From NCBI RefSeq assembly GCF_036365525.1, contig NC_090403.1:40797095-40861094 (forward strand): a DNA stretch of 64,000 nucleotides. Direction: 5' to 3'. Both the position numbers and the translations under genes were made by a program. Within the stretch, counting starts at the first letter, position 1, and every line of letters begins with the position of its first letter. Of this stretch, positions 12,700-25,320 are shown piece after piece. The notes under the pieces are model-generated. The model made no database searches. It had not been told where the DNA came from and was given only the letters and a program-made list of their open reading frames with translations. The stretch comes from Heterodontus francisci. Its lineage: Eukaryota.

Positions 12700-13035
12700 C
12701 ACCTCTTGAGTGATCCCCACCCCCTTCGCAGGGGCACAGCCAATTGTCCCTGGTGAGGTCCCACAGATTTACCTCTACTCCGGGGTCTCTTCCACCTTGC
12801 CGGCCCTGGCTGGGTGCTGTCCCTGTAGTGGTCACCGCTCCCGGTGGCACTGCTGGGACTGAGGATCTGCCGGCCCGCTGATTGGCCAGCAGCTCTTGGA
12901 GGCAGGACTTGTTGCCTCAAAGGGGCGCGAGGCCCAACCTCTACCAATTAAGGGCCTGAGCCACTCAAAATCGCTATGTGGCTTCCAGGCCCGTCGGTGG
13001 GCGGAGTCTCTGCCACGAGGTAAAATTCCAGTCAT
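12700..13035. mobile_element. Partial Harbinger-type MITE of the same family as 30401-31120
   Basis: It shares GTGGTCACC.CTCCC.GTGGC.CTGCTGGGACT.AG..CTGCCGGCC..CTGATTGGCCAGCA with 30885-30950 and ends in GTAAAATTCCAGTC. Confidence 0.7.
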
Positions 13036-13143
13036 TAAATCGATCTGCACCCTTCGCTTATTCTCCTAGTACTATTAAACATTCAAAATATTCAATCTAA
13101 CCTGCCAGGAAATTGCTTGAGGAAAAAAAATAATTGTTTGAAA

Positions 13144-13695
13144 ATAGAATCGTAGAATCATGCAGCACAGAAGGTGCTTTGGTGCATGGTACCTGTGCTG
13201 GTTCTTTGAAAGTCCTTTTCAATTAGTCCCATTCCACCGCACTGTCCCTCAGCCCTGTATTGTTTTTCCTTTTCAAGAATACATCCAATTGTTTATTGAA
13301 AGTTATTATTGAATCTGCTTCCAACACCCTTTCAGGTAGTGCATTCCAGATCATAACAACTCATTGCATAAAGAAAATGCTCCTTATCCCCCCTATGGTT
13401 CTTTGCCAATTGTCTTAAATAAATCTGTCTTCTCTACTTACCAACCATCCTGCCAGTGGAAACAATTTCTCATGATCTACTCCATCAAAACCCCTCATAA
13501 TTTTGAACACCTCTGCTAAATCTCCCCTTAACCATCTTTGTTCTTAGAAGAACACAATCCCAGCTTTTATGGTCTCTCCGCATAACTGATGTCCTGCATC
13601 CCTGGTACCAGTCTAGTCCTCTCCAAGGCGTTAATAGCTGCCTAAAGCCACACTTCTCCAGCTGAAGCCTAACCAGTGATTTATAAAGGTTTAGT
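13144..13695 (-). mobile_element. CR1 LINE 3' fragment
   Basis: Peptide LNLYKSLVRLQLEKCGF, plus a 3' tail with (TAGAATC)-type repeats on the + strand. Confidence 0.8.
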
Positions 13696-14719
13696 CCTTG
13701 CCTTGTCTTAAAGATGTCTTGAGTCAAGCATCTTGACAATATTTAGTTGGGTGAAGTACAAGAGAGATGAAAGCACACATGAAATATGTTATGTGGGAAG
13801 CATTTGAAAAGTTGTTTTGGACATCAGCTGCTGAAAGGGTTAAAATAATCATGCAGAATAAAAGCCTTATCCATAATGAATTTCCGATTCTTAAAAATCT
13901 ATTCTTAAAGATCCAAGACTACAGCTTTGAACTGAAAGAAAATTATGCTTGCGTTGCAATCTGCCAGATTTTGGCAGAAGGGTTGCAATAAAAATTGGTG
14001 CAATGTTAACACTGCAATCAAAATTAATGACAGCAGGAGCATCCAAATCCAAATTAAAATCCTAGTAATTAGACAGCTCCAACATGCTCTGACATTATTG
14101 TAGAACTTCCTTGCTAAATTGCTGTTGCAATGCATTTTCAACTTGGATCTCCTGAGGCAGCAGCAATTCCCACCTTTCCTTACAACCCTAATATGCATTT
14201 AATTCTCTTCCTGTCCAAGACCTCCCTATGGGTTTCACTTTATGTGTATATGCATCCGCTTTAGTGCCACCTACTACTGCTTCCTTCCTTCTGCTGAACT
14301 GGGGGAATGCTCTATCACAGCAGTTTTCTCCATAACCTGCTTTAATGCCAATTTGCTGTCAGCAGCTGCCTCACTCATTGTAAGAGTTTTCACACCCACT
14401 GTGAGATGAAGCACTCTATTGCCACCAGAGGAATGGGCAGTAATTGATGAAATCAGTCCAGTGAGAATTGCGGCATGCAAATGATAAAACTGTCAGCAAT
14501 AACCACCTCCCATCATTGCCGCCAAAAGAAGCATACTTGCTGCTCACTGATCATAATATGGACACCATGCAAGCCCACGGGCCTAATTCTGAGCACCGAA
14601 TGACTGAGTTATCAAGAAAGACTAGAAAATTGCATGCACTTCAGCCTTCAAAGAAGGTGACTAATAGAGGATCTTATACAGCTACATGAGATAATAAGCA
14701 GGAAAAAAACTGTTTTATC

Positions 14720-17700
14720 AGCAGCAACGAAATCCTGTCATCGGGATGTAAAGCGGGTGACGCGGCCACAGCGATATTGCCAGGGCTGTCCAATTAACGA
14801 ATGGTAGGCGTGAGAGCCTGCCAGTTAAGAGACATGGGCGGGTGGAAGTACCGGGTAAGGCAAGGCATCTTCTAAAGGCAGCAGGTCTGGAGGAAACTGA
14901 TACTGCTAGCAACTGGAGTGGTCGGAAAATGGTAGAAGGCAGAGCGAGGGTGGTGCCCAGGTTCTCTGATGCCTCCCTAGAGGTGCTGCTCCAGGTGGCA
15001 TTGGCTCGGAGGGAAGTAATTTCCCTCAGGGTGGTAGGAGGAGACCGGCTCACCAGACGGAAAGGACATGGATGGTGATAGCAGAGGAGGTGAGCAGCCA
15101 TGGGGTGGTCCCATGTACATGGCTGCAGTATTGAATCAAGATCAATGACCTGATGCATTCTGGTATAACATTAAGCTTGTAGCCTTAAATGTATCTAAAA
15201 ATGAGTATGAATTTGGAGAAAGGGGTGCCTACCCAGTCAGTGGCAATGTCCAGACAGCAGCATTGGCTGCCACATGCATGGGACCCTCTCCGTGGAGGAC
15301 ACCGGTTAGTCAGAGTTGGTCCCTGCACTGCCTGTATCAAATGGCCATATGCAGGAGGCATCCCTGTGGCACCAAGATGGACAGCTAGGCTGCCACCAAC
15401 ATAAATATGGTGCGTGTCTATGATGGGTGAGTGGCAATGTTAATTTATATGCTTGAAGGAGAAGACAGCTCACAATGCTCAAAAAAAAGCAAGAACTGGA
15501 GGCAGTGTCCCATATATGGCAATCCTCACACCAATGGAAGAAGAGGCATTGGGGCTGGGAGGCCTGGAGGCAGGGCAGGCTATCGCTAATGGTGGGATGG
15601 GTGTGAAGCCCCGAAAGAGTGAGTGGCCTAATGGATGGGCACAAGAGACCCTCTGGCGAGCATAAAATATAGTGCTCATGTGTGCACCACTGGTCACATA
15701 GAGCTCCAGATGATGGGTAGTTGGAAGGACATGTTGCCCTCTCATCATTCTTCTCTCTCTCAGGTCAATGTGCAAGAACAGGCAGCTGCAGAGCCTATGG
15801 GACAGACTTCCACCTCTGAGGAGGAGCAGGAGACTTCAGAGGGTGCAGCGTCACATCTTTCCCCCGTACCCTTCACCAGCGCAGATACTCTTACGTCAGT
15901 GGCTAGTCATGTGCGAATAGCAAAGGGGTCACAAACTGCTCAGCACACCACATACACAGCCGAGCAGCTGACAGACGCAGTGACAGTTGTGGCCACTCAC
16001 ACTCAGAGGACTGTGGGAGGGCATGGCAATGCCCAGCTTCAGCTTGATAACTTGCTTCTGGAGTCATCAACAAGTCGGCAGATGCTGGAGCTGCAGCTTG
16101 AGGTGCGTGAACATCTGGTGGAGCTTCCAGAGGCTTTGCAGACCCATTTGCAAACGATGAAGGAATCCATCCAGACCATGAGTGCAACCATCTCTGACGT
16201 GTATGCGTATGGCATCCTCCATCCAGAGAGTGGTGCCCCTCATGGACAGCCACATACAGCAAACCATGCAGTGGATTCTGGAGTTGCACGGAGACCTACA
16301 TATCATTGTCTCCTCTATGAGCTCTGTGGAGCAATGGCTGGGCGAGATGGGGGGGGGCGGGGGGAGGTGGGCAGTGGAAAGATACACCTAGAGTCATCGC
16401 CAGGTGCTCAAACTCCTCAGGTGAGCAGGGAGGGACAAATGTGCCCTGATAGGGTTGAGGAGCAGCTGCCTGAAGCACCTGGGTGCTCCTCTCAAGGTGC
16501 TCCTGGCGTGGATGGCTCAGGAAGCTGCAATGATAGAGGCGCTCCTGCACCTCAAGGCCTCAAACAACTGGAGGACAACTGCCAGGGCCATCAAAAGCCA
16601 TGGAGCAGAAAGGTAAACAGCCATCCTCCACCTCAGCTGACAGTGCAGGGGGCGTGCTACGTAGCAGCTCCCACAAGCACGCAAGAAAGTCCATCTAGCT
16701 CCACTCGGGTTTCACAGAGTTGTATTATGTAGTTCAATGTCATCTTGCTGTTTGTTGTTAATGAAACCTGATACGCTGCACCACAAAAAGAATTCTTTAC
16801 TCATTTATCCTTTACTGGACCATTAACAGTTCTATGGCCCTTGCAAACGGTGTAATGGCAAGGACCACTCCCCATGAGGTTGATGCATTTTCCATGCCAT
16901 GGCCTGATGGGTCCAGTGAGGTGGTAAGGACATTCAAGGAAAGGGCAACAGGGCTATAGAGTGTAGAAAATTTATTTGCTTGCATGGCTATGTAAGGAAA
17001 CTCATGAAAAATGTGTCTGTATTCGTGAGTCACGAGTCTCCCTTGCATGTATCTCATTACATCTTGCCTGTGGTCCCTTGAGGTCTTCATCAAAGTCCGC
17101 CTGGTCACCATCCCCCTCCAAATCCTCATCCCCAGCGGAGGCATCGTGCTCCAGGATGTTCTCATTGTTGAAAGCTTATCCCCTCTCTAGCGCCAGGTTG
17201 TGCAGAGCACAGCACACCACCAGTATACACAACAGCCTTGCTGCAGCATATTGAAGGGCTCCACCAGATCTATCAAGGCATCTAAACCACATGTTCAGAA
17301 GCCCTGTGGCCTGCTTGATGGTCACTTGAGTTGTTCCGTGGCAGCTGTTGTATCACTCTTCTGCATCTGTGCTGGGGTTCCGCACAGGCGTAAGGAGCCA
17401 TGTCTTTAGGGGTAGCCCTTGTCACCCAGTCTCCATCCTTGAAGGCACGCAGAGGGCCTGGAAAGGTTGAACTGCCTTAGTATGTAGCATTGTGACAGCT
17501 TACCCAAACCTTGCACAGACCTGAAGGATCCATTTACAGTGGTCGCAGACCAGTTGTACATTGAGCAAGTGGTAGCCCTTCCTGTTGATGAAGACTGCTG
17601 CCCAGTTTGTGGGAGGCTTGATGGCCACATGTGTGCAGGTGATGACACCCCGTATTTGGGGGAATCCAGTGATGGCCCTGAATCCTACAGCCCTCTCAGC

Positions 17701-18740
17701 CTGACTGTCTGATCACTGCGAAACTGCATGTATTGGCCGGCCTTCTTGAACATGGCATTGGTGACCATCTTGATGCAGCGATGACCTGCAAACTGGGAGA
17801 TCCCACAGATATCTCCAGATCATCCCTGGAATAATCCAGAAACGTAGAAATTCACTGCCACCGTGACCTTCACCACCACAGACAATGGGTGCCCACCACT
17901 TCCCTTTGGACTCAGGTCCTCCTCCATCATGACGCACAGCTCAGTGATTGCCTCCTTGAAGAGGTGCAGTCTTCAGTGACACTGCTGCTCAAACATTATC
18001 AGGAGGCAGAGCCTCTGACAGTAAACCCTCTCTGGTAGGCAGCATCATCTACGCAAAAGAGGCAGATTGCGTGGCCCTCTGCACCCTCCTCATTCATGCC
18101 CCCTTCCAGCCACGTGACCCCTCTAGGTGCTGCAGTCCCATGCCAGGTGGCTGCACCTCTCTCCCTCTCTGATGCTCCTCCTCACTGGAGGTCTCAAAGC
18201 CTGAGTGAATGAGCCCCATTGCAAATTGCTGCACTTCTTAAGGCCTCCCAGACCCTCCTTACTCTGTACATACAAGTGGCAAATCAGAGATGACACTCAC
18301 TCAGAATGCCTCCGTTGTGCTTGCCAAGTTTGGCTAACCTCTAGATTGCTACAGCCGCTGTTTACTCATTATCACAATGCCAAGCTACCTCTCGCAATGG
18401 TTGCCAATGCAGCCAAAACTGACCTTTTGCTGAGCTTCCGCCTCTTTATAGCTGGCAAGGCGCCAAAGCATCATTGTTTTCGTGCGCCCCTCGCAAAATT
18501 GTAAATAGCTAGTAAAATCACCATTCACTGCCTGTTCAACAGGCTTAATTACCTTCCTGCCAGCTTCAAGCACCTCCTCCACCTGACAGCCCAGCCACCT
18601 CTGGGAATATCCCCTAGCGACGTAAACACGTCAGGCTTCCCTCCCAACACTAACCATTGCCATTTTGCACCCTCCCACCACACCCCACACCCCCACCCCG
18701 CCTCCCAGCCCATCTCCATTATGCTGATAAAATTCCACCC
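14720..18740. mobile_element. Decayed two-gene PIF/Harbinger transposon: Myb/SANT gene on +, HARBI1-like transposase on -
   Basis: The + strand gives RARVVPRFSDASLEVLLQ... and an exon EKTAHNAQKKARTGGSVP...LTPMEEEALGL (15459-15618), with a further exon from 15764. The - strand gives fragments including NVQLVCDH and WRLGDKGYP (about 17200-18050). The right end is AAAATTCCACCC. Confidence 0.85.
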
Positions 18741-19294
18741 AGTAAATCTGTGTTACTTTTAAGTTAAATGACGAATGCAGAACAAAGAGATACAAGTACA
18801 AACTGGTAAAAGGCAGTTTCAAGACTGATGACAGGAAGCACTTATTCACACAATGAAAATAAAAATCAGCAGTGATGTATAACAGGCAGCTGATTGGCGT
18901 TGTTTACACTGTCTCCAAATGTTAAAATTACTTTCAAAGGTTGATCAATACCTGCAATTGTTCTGCATGTGAACAGGGCACTGAATTCACAAACTGTAGA
19001 ATCATTCAAGCAGGCATTTCAATGCTGTCATGTGGGGAACTATTGGTTTCAATGGAAGAATGAGCGAGAAGGGCCAGTTACAAAATGAAAGAAAACCAAA
19101 ATAGTGAGGGATAGAATTGATCCGATTTTTGTTGTTTGAAGTTTGCACTTTATGAAATTGGGTGTTGATAACCAGGAGGAAATGTATAGATAAGTTTATT
19201 TCATCCACTTTCACTGATAAGAACACAATGAACTGATCAGTCTACAATGCACTGATTAGACTAGTTTGTACCGATCAAAATATAACACACTGAT

Positions 19295-19830
19295 TAACAA
19301 CAACAACCTGTACTTATATAGCACCTTTACAGTAGTAAAACATCTCAAGCCACTTCAAAGGAGTGTCAAACAACATTTGACACCAAGCTGTGTAAAGATA
19401 TTAGGGCAGCTGACCAAAAGCTTGGTCAAAGAGGTAGGTTTTAAGGAGCATCCTAAAGAAGGAAAGAAAGGTGTTTCGTCTTTATGTTGTTTTCTGGTTC
19501 CCAGATGTTGGAAAGAATCACACTTTAAAACTTGGAAAAGGCTGGAGTCAGTCTTGTTTATTTCAGCACCATGCTCTGGCTATAGACCTGACTCAACTGG
19601 TTCTTGTGTTACATATGACATGACTCCCCAGTGCATCTGTGAATGTGGCCCCCCCACTGGAACACTTGCACATAACAACTAGTTCCTAGCTAATTAGGTC
19701 CCAACACTTTACCGATAGTATAACAATATATAACTTATATAACAAAAGGTAAAGAAGTGGAGAGGTTTAATGAGGGAGTTCCAGAGCTTAGGGCCTTGGC
19801 AGCTGAAGGTATGGCTACCAATCAGCAGAC
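19295..19830 (-). mobile_element. L2-type LINE 3' fragment
   Basis: Reverse complement of the tail also seen at 27790-28215 (CAACAACAAC...TATATAGCACCTTTA..GTAGTAAAACATC.CAAG). Confidence 0.6.
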
Positions 19831-19986
19831 AATGCTATAAGTTAGCAGCACAATAACGCTGAATGTGTTGGAAAAGGAGATTTTGAATGATCCTTCCAAC
19901 TGCAGAGCAAAAGACTCTCAGTGTTGACCATCACTTAAGCTTGGAACTTTTTACAGACAAATATAGCTTCCCACAAAAAATATAAT

Positions 19987-20688
19987 GGCCAGATCTTGCT
20001 GGAGCCGGGCATCTCACAGTATGTACCATTAGTTAAACTTTTCGCCGCATCCTTCAGCTCATAAAATGTTTGTGCTATAACTTAGTGGAAGTCAAGGGCA
20101 ACAGGGCATCTGGGACCTTGATGAACAACAGTGGGACCAACAGTCTGTCTCCTTAACCAAAAGATTTAAGGATTGAGAAAGAAATAGAGAAAGAATGAAG
20201 AAGGGGAATGCATTGGAGTCAAATCAGGTACAGAAAGAGAAAGATTAAGAGAGAGAGAAAAAATGAGACAAAGGAAAAAATAAGGGGGAAAAAATTTAAT
20301 ATTTATAATTTGGTATTTTTAAAATCTAACATTTGACTACATAAAAGAATGAGATTGAACCTTTTAAGTTGTTCCCTTTCTAGACCAGAAAGGTTGATTG
20401 GTATTGTATTAGCACGTTAAAAAGGTGCATACACTGTTAAGATCCAGCCCTAACTTTCTGCAGTGAGTTTAATGAACAAGTAGTGTGCAAATGCAGCAAG
20501 TTCTTAAAGATAATGCGGAGGCTATGGGCAAGATGCAGTTTGTGTGAAGCAAACAGCGGAACAGCATAAATCAACCAACAACTTCTGGGAGCTGGTATTT
20601 CTTAATCCCCTGAATTTCCTGGAAGACTTGCACATTTATAATGGAATGCATCATTAACACATCGTTTTCTTTCCAGCACAATCTGCTT
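19987..20688. mobile_element. Older non-autonomous TIR element (probably Harbinger-type)
   Basis: Ends GGCCAGATCTTGCTGGA ... TCCAGCACAATCTGC. It is homologous to about 38290-41398 and to the fragment at 37304-37400. Confidence 0.6.
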
Positions 20689-21049
20689 GTATAAAATTAA
20701 AAGAACAAAGAGTGGTGGAAGACTGCATTCAAATCCTGTCCAGTCTGTTGGGATGTAAATCTTCCTGTGTCTTCAATGAAATTAGTTTGGTTACCCTCAA
20801 TCCAGTTGAATTGGAGACCAGCACAAGTCTCCAGCTTAAATCTATTGACAATTTAATACCACTACGTGCAAAATTGCCTCTCACTTAGAAAAGCTATAAA
20901 GATGTTTGTTGTGGAAAATTAAAGTGAAAATATCACACTGAGGCAGTATGGGGTCCAATTCTGATACTAACATTTAATTACTTTGTTAGGCCTCTTCCCA
21001 TTGTTTCATTCGGCCTAACATGCTAAAACTGGAGTCCAAATGAAGTTGA

Positions 21050-21278
21050 AGAACTTTTTAACGCAGCGAGTGGTAATGACCTGGAACTTATTGATCACGA
21101 GGTTGATGGAAGCAGAGACAATCAATGATTTCAAAAGGAAATTGGATGGACACGTGAAGGAAATAAACTTGCAGGGCTATGGGGATTGAAATGACTGGAT
21201 TACTCCAAGGAATGCTAGCATGGACTGGATGGGCTGAATGGCCTCCTTCTATGCCGTAAATGACTCTATGACTCTACT
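21050..21278 (+). mobile_element. CR1 LINE extreme 3' end
   Basis: Peptide FLTQRVVMTWN...EAETINDFKRKLDGH, followed by a (TGACTCTA)n tail. Confidence 0.8.
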
Positions 21279-23966
21279 CTGTGAAAGATGTTGTATTCCC
21301 CAGCAACACACCTTATTTCCATAAGCACAATTCATCATTTATTAAATTATTTTATAGCACTCCATCTGTATCTTATGTTTGATTCAACCAACTTTATCGC
21401 TTATGCTTTATGCAGTTAGTAGCTCATTATAAGTTCATAATAACATATGTCAGGGATAAGAGGCCATTTAGCCCACCAAAGCTAATCCCTCTAGGGCATT
21501 ACATCTCCAATCACAGGATCTAATTGTATTCTGAATTACCCAATCATTTTTGTCTTTATTAAATTACTTGGTAGATTATTCCAACATTTATCAGTCATTG
21601 AGTACAGAAGTCTTTCCCGATATCTGTTCCAAATATACATGTCATGAATTTCCATTTACGTCCTCTGGTCTTGATTTCCTGGTGTACTTTGAAATACTGG
21701 CTTGACTTCATACATTCATTTCATGGTTTATACAGTTAAATACCTTCTTTCTAGACTGTAAAGCTTAAACATCTTTATATAACATCGGGTTTTGTTAATT
21801 GTACTCTGTTACATAATACCACTCGATAGACTAGACGTTATGCTGTGTGGTATTAGTGTACAAGAGCTTAATGCGTCCCTTTGCAATAAACATTTCTGCT
21901 ATTTCAACAGTCATAATTGTGAGGCGAGTTTCCTTGTATTTCTTACGAAATATAAGATTTTAGTTCAGTGCTCTGTAAATCATTGAGAATTCAAATCGCT
22001 ATTGTATTCAAAAATAATACATCAGTCAAGTGTCTGAAATTTAGTTAAAACACCATTTGACTTGAGATCTTCATGTTCAACTTCATTACAAACCTAGAGC
22101 TAAAGTTTATTCAGTGCTGGAGCACAAACCATGTAGCACTATTTTCTCCATATTTCAAAATAAAAGCTCCCACAACTAACTTTTGGAGCATGAGAAACGA
22201 CATTTACACCAATCTGGCAGAAATGGACAAAAATGAAAATCTCACCTCAAGCATCAGAATGATTATTTTATAACTGCAGTTACACACTAAATTTGGGCAG
22301 TAATACACTACATAAATTCTGAGAAACTGCATTCGCATCAGATCCTTCTTACCCTTTGCAAGACTGTAGTGAAATACTGGGGTGAATCTTAACAATTTGA
22401 CCAGCTTGCAAGTATGGGAGGCTGACAGTATGTTGGGAACCTGGAAGTTTGAGCAGCAAGTTTTTCAGTGGCTTTTTAAACTGAGCAACAGCATTAGCAT
22501 CCCGCTTCTGGGTTTCCTGATCATTTAGAGTAGGAAGGTGTGGTCACAACCCACACCTGACTGCTGAAGTTTCAGTATTTACAAGGATTTACAGAGTAAG
22601 AATTCTACCACAGTGAAGAGAGAGACAGCTACTCGAGTGACTGAGTCTCAACAAGGGGAAGGTTGCTCCACAGTTCACACATGCATCACTGGACATCATG
22701 ATATGGCTGTAGGGGCCGCCAAGATATCCTGTTCCCAGCAGATGGGAGGAAGAAGCCAAGCACGCGTGATTGGAAGTGGCAGAGGAGGTGAGTAGCAGAA
22801 GTCTAATGCTTGTACAGTGCCACAAGAGGTTCAATGACCTCATTAGGGCAGGAAGGGTGAGTGGCATGCCAAGTTCAAGTGTCAACCCCCTCACTCTGAC
22901 TTCCCCAACCTCTCCTGCACAGCACTCCTCAGACCAACACACCTTGCAGGTGCACCCATCCCTCTCTTTCAAAGCACCTCCTCACATCGCCACCTGACCA
23001 GCCAACATTGACACTCATCCTAATCTTGTCATATCACATCTATCCCTCATAGTGACCCTCCCTAAATGTGTACTCCCATCCTCTCAACACATTCCATTTT
23101 TCATACTCATAACTCTCTTGCTTCTCTCCTTGCAGAAGAAGAGCATGCAGAATATCAGCAAGAGGCAGAGAACCAGGAGTGCCCCATCAGTTATCGTGAC
23201 CCTGACTGCTGCAGAGGAGGATGCACTGGAGATAAGCAGAGTCTCAGCATGAATGGTTATTGGCAATGGAGACCTACCTTGTGACAGAATTAGATATCAC
23301 ACAGCCACGTGGCACAAAGCACTCAATCAACACAGACAAAATCACTGTATGTGATGTCACTATCATTGCCATTTATATAAAATAAGAGTCGTAAGCCTGG
23401 GCTACACATTCAAGTACAAAAGAGACCATTTACACACTCATGTTGACTTGATGTTAGCAGACAATGAAAAATGATGAACTGCACAATGAGAACTGAGAAC
23501 TCTCTCATCTTGTCAGTTCTAATTCATGTCTTTCATCTCCCACAGGTCCTTCAAGCGTCCCTCAGGAGCTGGTGCCAGAGGAGGACAAAGAGTCCTCAAA
23601 GGAGGTCACGCACCCTGAGGAAGCACCATCACATGACTCATGTGCCCCCTCCACCAGGGCTGAGGCCTCCAAGTCAGGGAGTTGGGTTGTCACATGGTGA
23701 TCCACACATCACAAGTGAGTAGCAGCAGGTGTCGGGAGTCAGGGACAGCAGCAGAGAATCCCCTTCGGAGGGTGGAGGACCCTAAAACTCTGCTCATCTG
23801 GATGCAGATGCTGAGCCTCAGGGGTCATCGACAAAGAGGATTATTCTGAAGCAGCAGTAGCAGACAATGTGTGAGGTTCCATCAGCATTTCCAGAGTAAC
23901 TGTGCATGATTTGAGAGAGATAAGAGGAGTCTGTCTCCACCATGAGCGCCATGATGCCTTTGTGAT

Positions 23967-25320
23967 TGTAGGATCGGAATCCTCTCCAACTGGGAAAAGT
24001 TATGGACTATAAAATCCAGACCCACAGACATGCTTTGACCTCATGTTTGGATTACATTACAAAAAGCCAAACTGTGGCCAGCAGCACAGGCTGGGCAGAA
24101 AAGGGTTAATTTGGATGTTTAGTAAAAAGATAGTGGCTCATCAAAAGGAATTCAAACATTGATACCAAAGGAAAAGCCATCACCTGCCATCGGCTAATGC
24201 AATCAAGAGACTGATTACCCTGCACAATGGTGCAAGGGACACGCCTTCGATATGATAATAAGGCCACCATCATAGACAATAGTACTGGAATCTGGCCAAT
24301 ATAACAACTCAAGGAGAGGGGTGAGATATCAACTTTGGAGCCAGGTGCTGTTACTGTCTCAAAACAGCAGGAGAATTTGTTTAAACAACATGAGAGTATG
24401 AAGATTTTGTTTGAGTTATTTCTGTCACGGAAGAACTGTACTCTAGGCACTCATCCATGGTTGAAATAACTCAAACAAATCTTCAGACATCTGAAGAACT
24501 GTATTGTTGGCACTGATCAGATGTCTGAAGACTTGTTTGAGTTAATTCTGCCACGCAAGAACTGTACTGTTGCACCCAGTATGAATTAATCACATTCTTC
24601 GTAAACTAAAGGATGTTTACCTGCTGGACACAGCACAGAATGAACAATAGAACATATGTCTTAGAAGTCCTGAGTTATTTTATTATAAAAAGCAGCCACT
24701 TCGGAGTGACTGGGCTGCAGTCAGGAAGAAGGGTCAAGACAGGTCATCTTGACTCAGGACCTACAATTAATGCCAGACCGACCAGCTGTGTTGGGGATTG
24801 TAAGTATTTCAGCCAAATAGTAGTGATCTTGGTCTGAGGGTATTGGGACAAAGGGTAGTGCTTTTGGCTGTAATTGGTTCAGCCAATTCGCAGTGATATT
24901 GATCTGAGGGTTTGGGACAAAGCGTAGTGTTTTGCCCATATTTGTGGTTCAGCCAAATCATAGTGATCTTGGTCTGAGGGTTTTGGGACAAAAACATAGT
25001 GTTTTTGCCTGAAATTTGTAAGTTTGAGCCAAGTCGTAGTGACTTTGTTTTGGGTATATGCGAACAGTGGTCAAATCACTGAAGGGTTCAGCTGGGAATT
25101 GGAGTGTCAATTTTAAGTCACTGCAGGAGGTTTTTTACTGAGGACAGTTTTGTTTTATTTCTGTCTCAACTAACCATAGAGGTTTCTGTGTCGGGATATT
25201 ATTGGATTCAATAAAACAATTCATGGTTAAGCCAAACCCTGTGTCATGTGCAATTTTGATCTTTTAATTCCTAAAGCCCAAGAGCTATCGTAAGGGGGTA
25301 TGGGAACGGAACCTCTTACA
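23967..25320 (+). mobile_element. Solo LTR (1354 bp) inserted in the Harbinger Myb/SANT gene
   Basis: Termini are TGTAGGA...TCTTACA. The flanks TGAT/CAAT can both derive from a CGAT 4-bp TSD by CpG deamination. There is a TATAAAA near 24684, an AATAAA near 25210, and internal tandem repeats. Confidence 0.75.
24811..25060 (+). repeat. About 70-bp tandem repeat, about 3.5 copies, inside the LTR
   Basis: Units AGCCAA...AGTGAT.TTG.TCTGAGGG...TTGGGACAAA start at 24811, 24881 and 24951, with a degenerate unit at 25027. Confidence 0.9.

Noticed and set aside
15635-16732. 365-aa ORF as a novel host gene
   Set aside because: It lies inside a Harbinger element, begins in an intron of its Myb/SANT gene, and appears to drift out of the ancestral frame.
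24399-25060. Repeat-spacer pattern resembling a CRISPR array
   Set aside because: It has only three repeats, the spacers are copies or inversions of one another, there are no cas genes, and the context is a vertebrate LTR.
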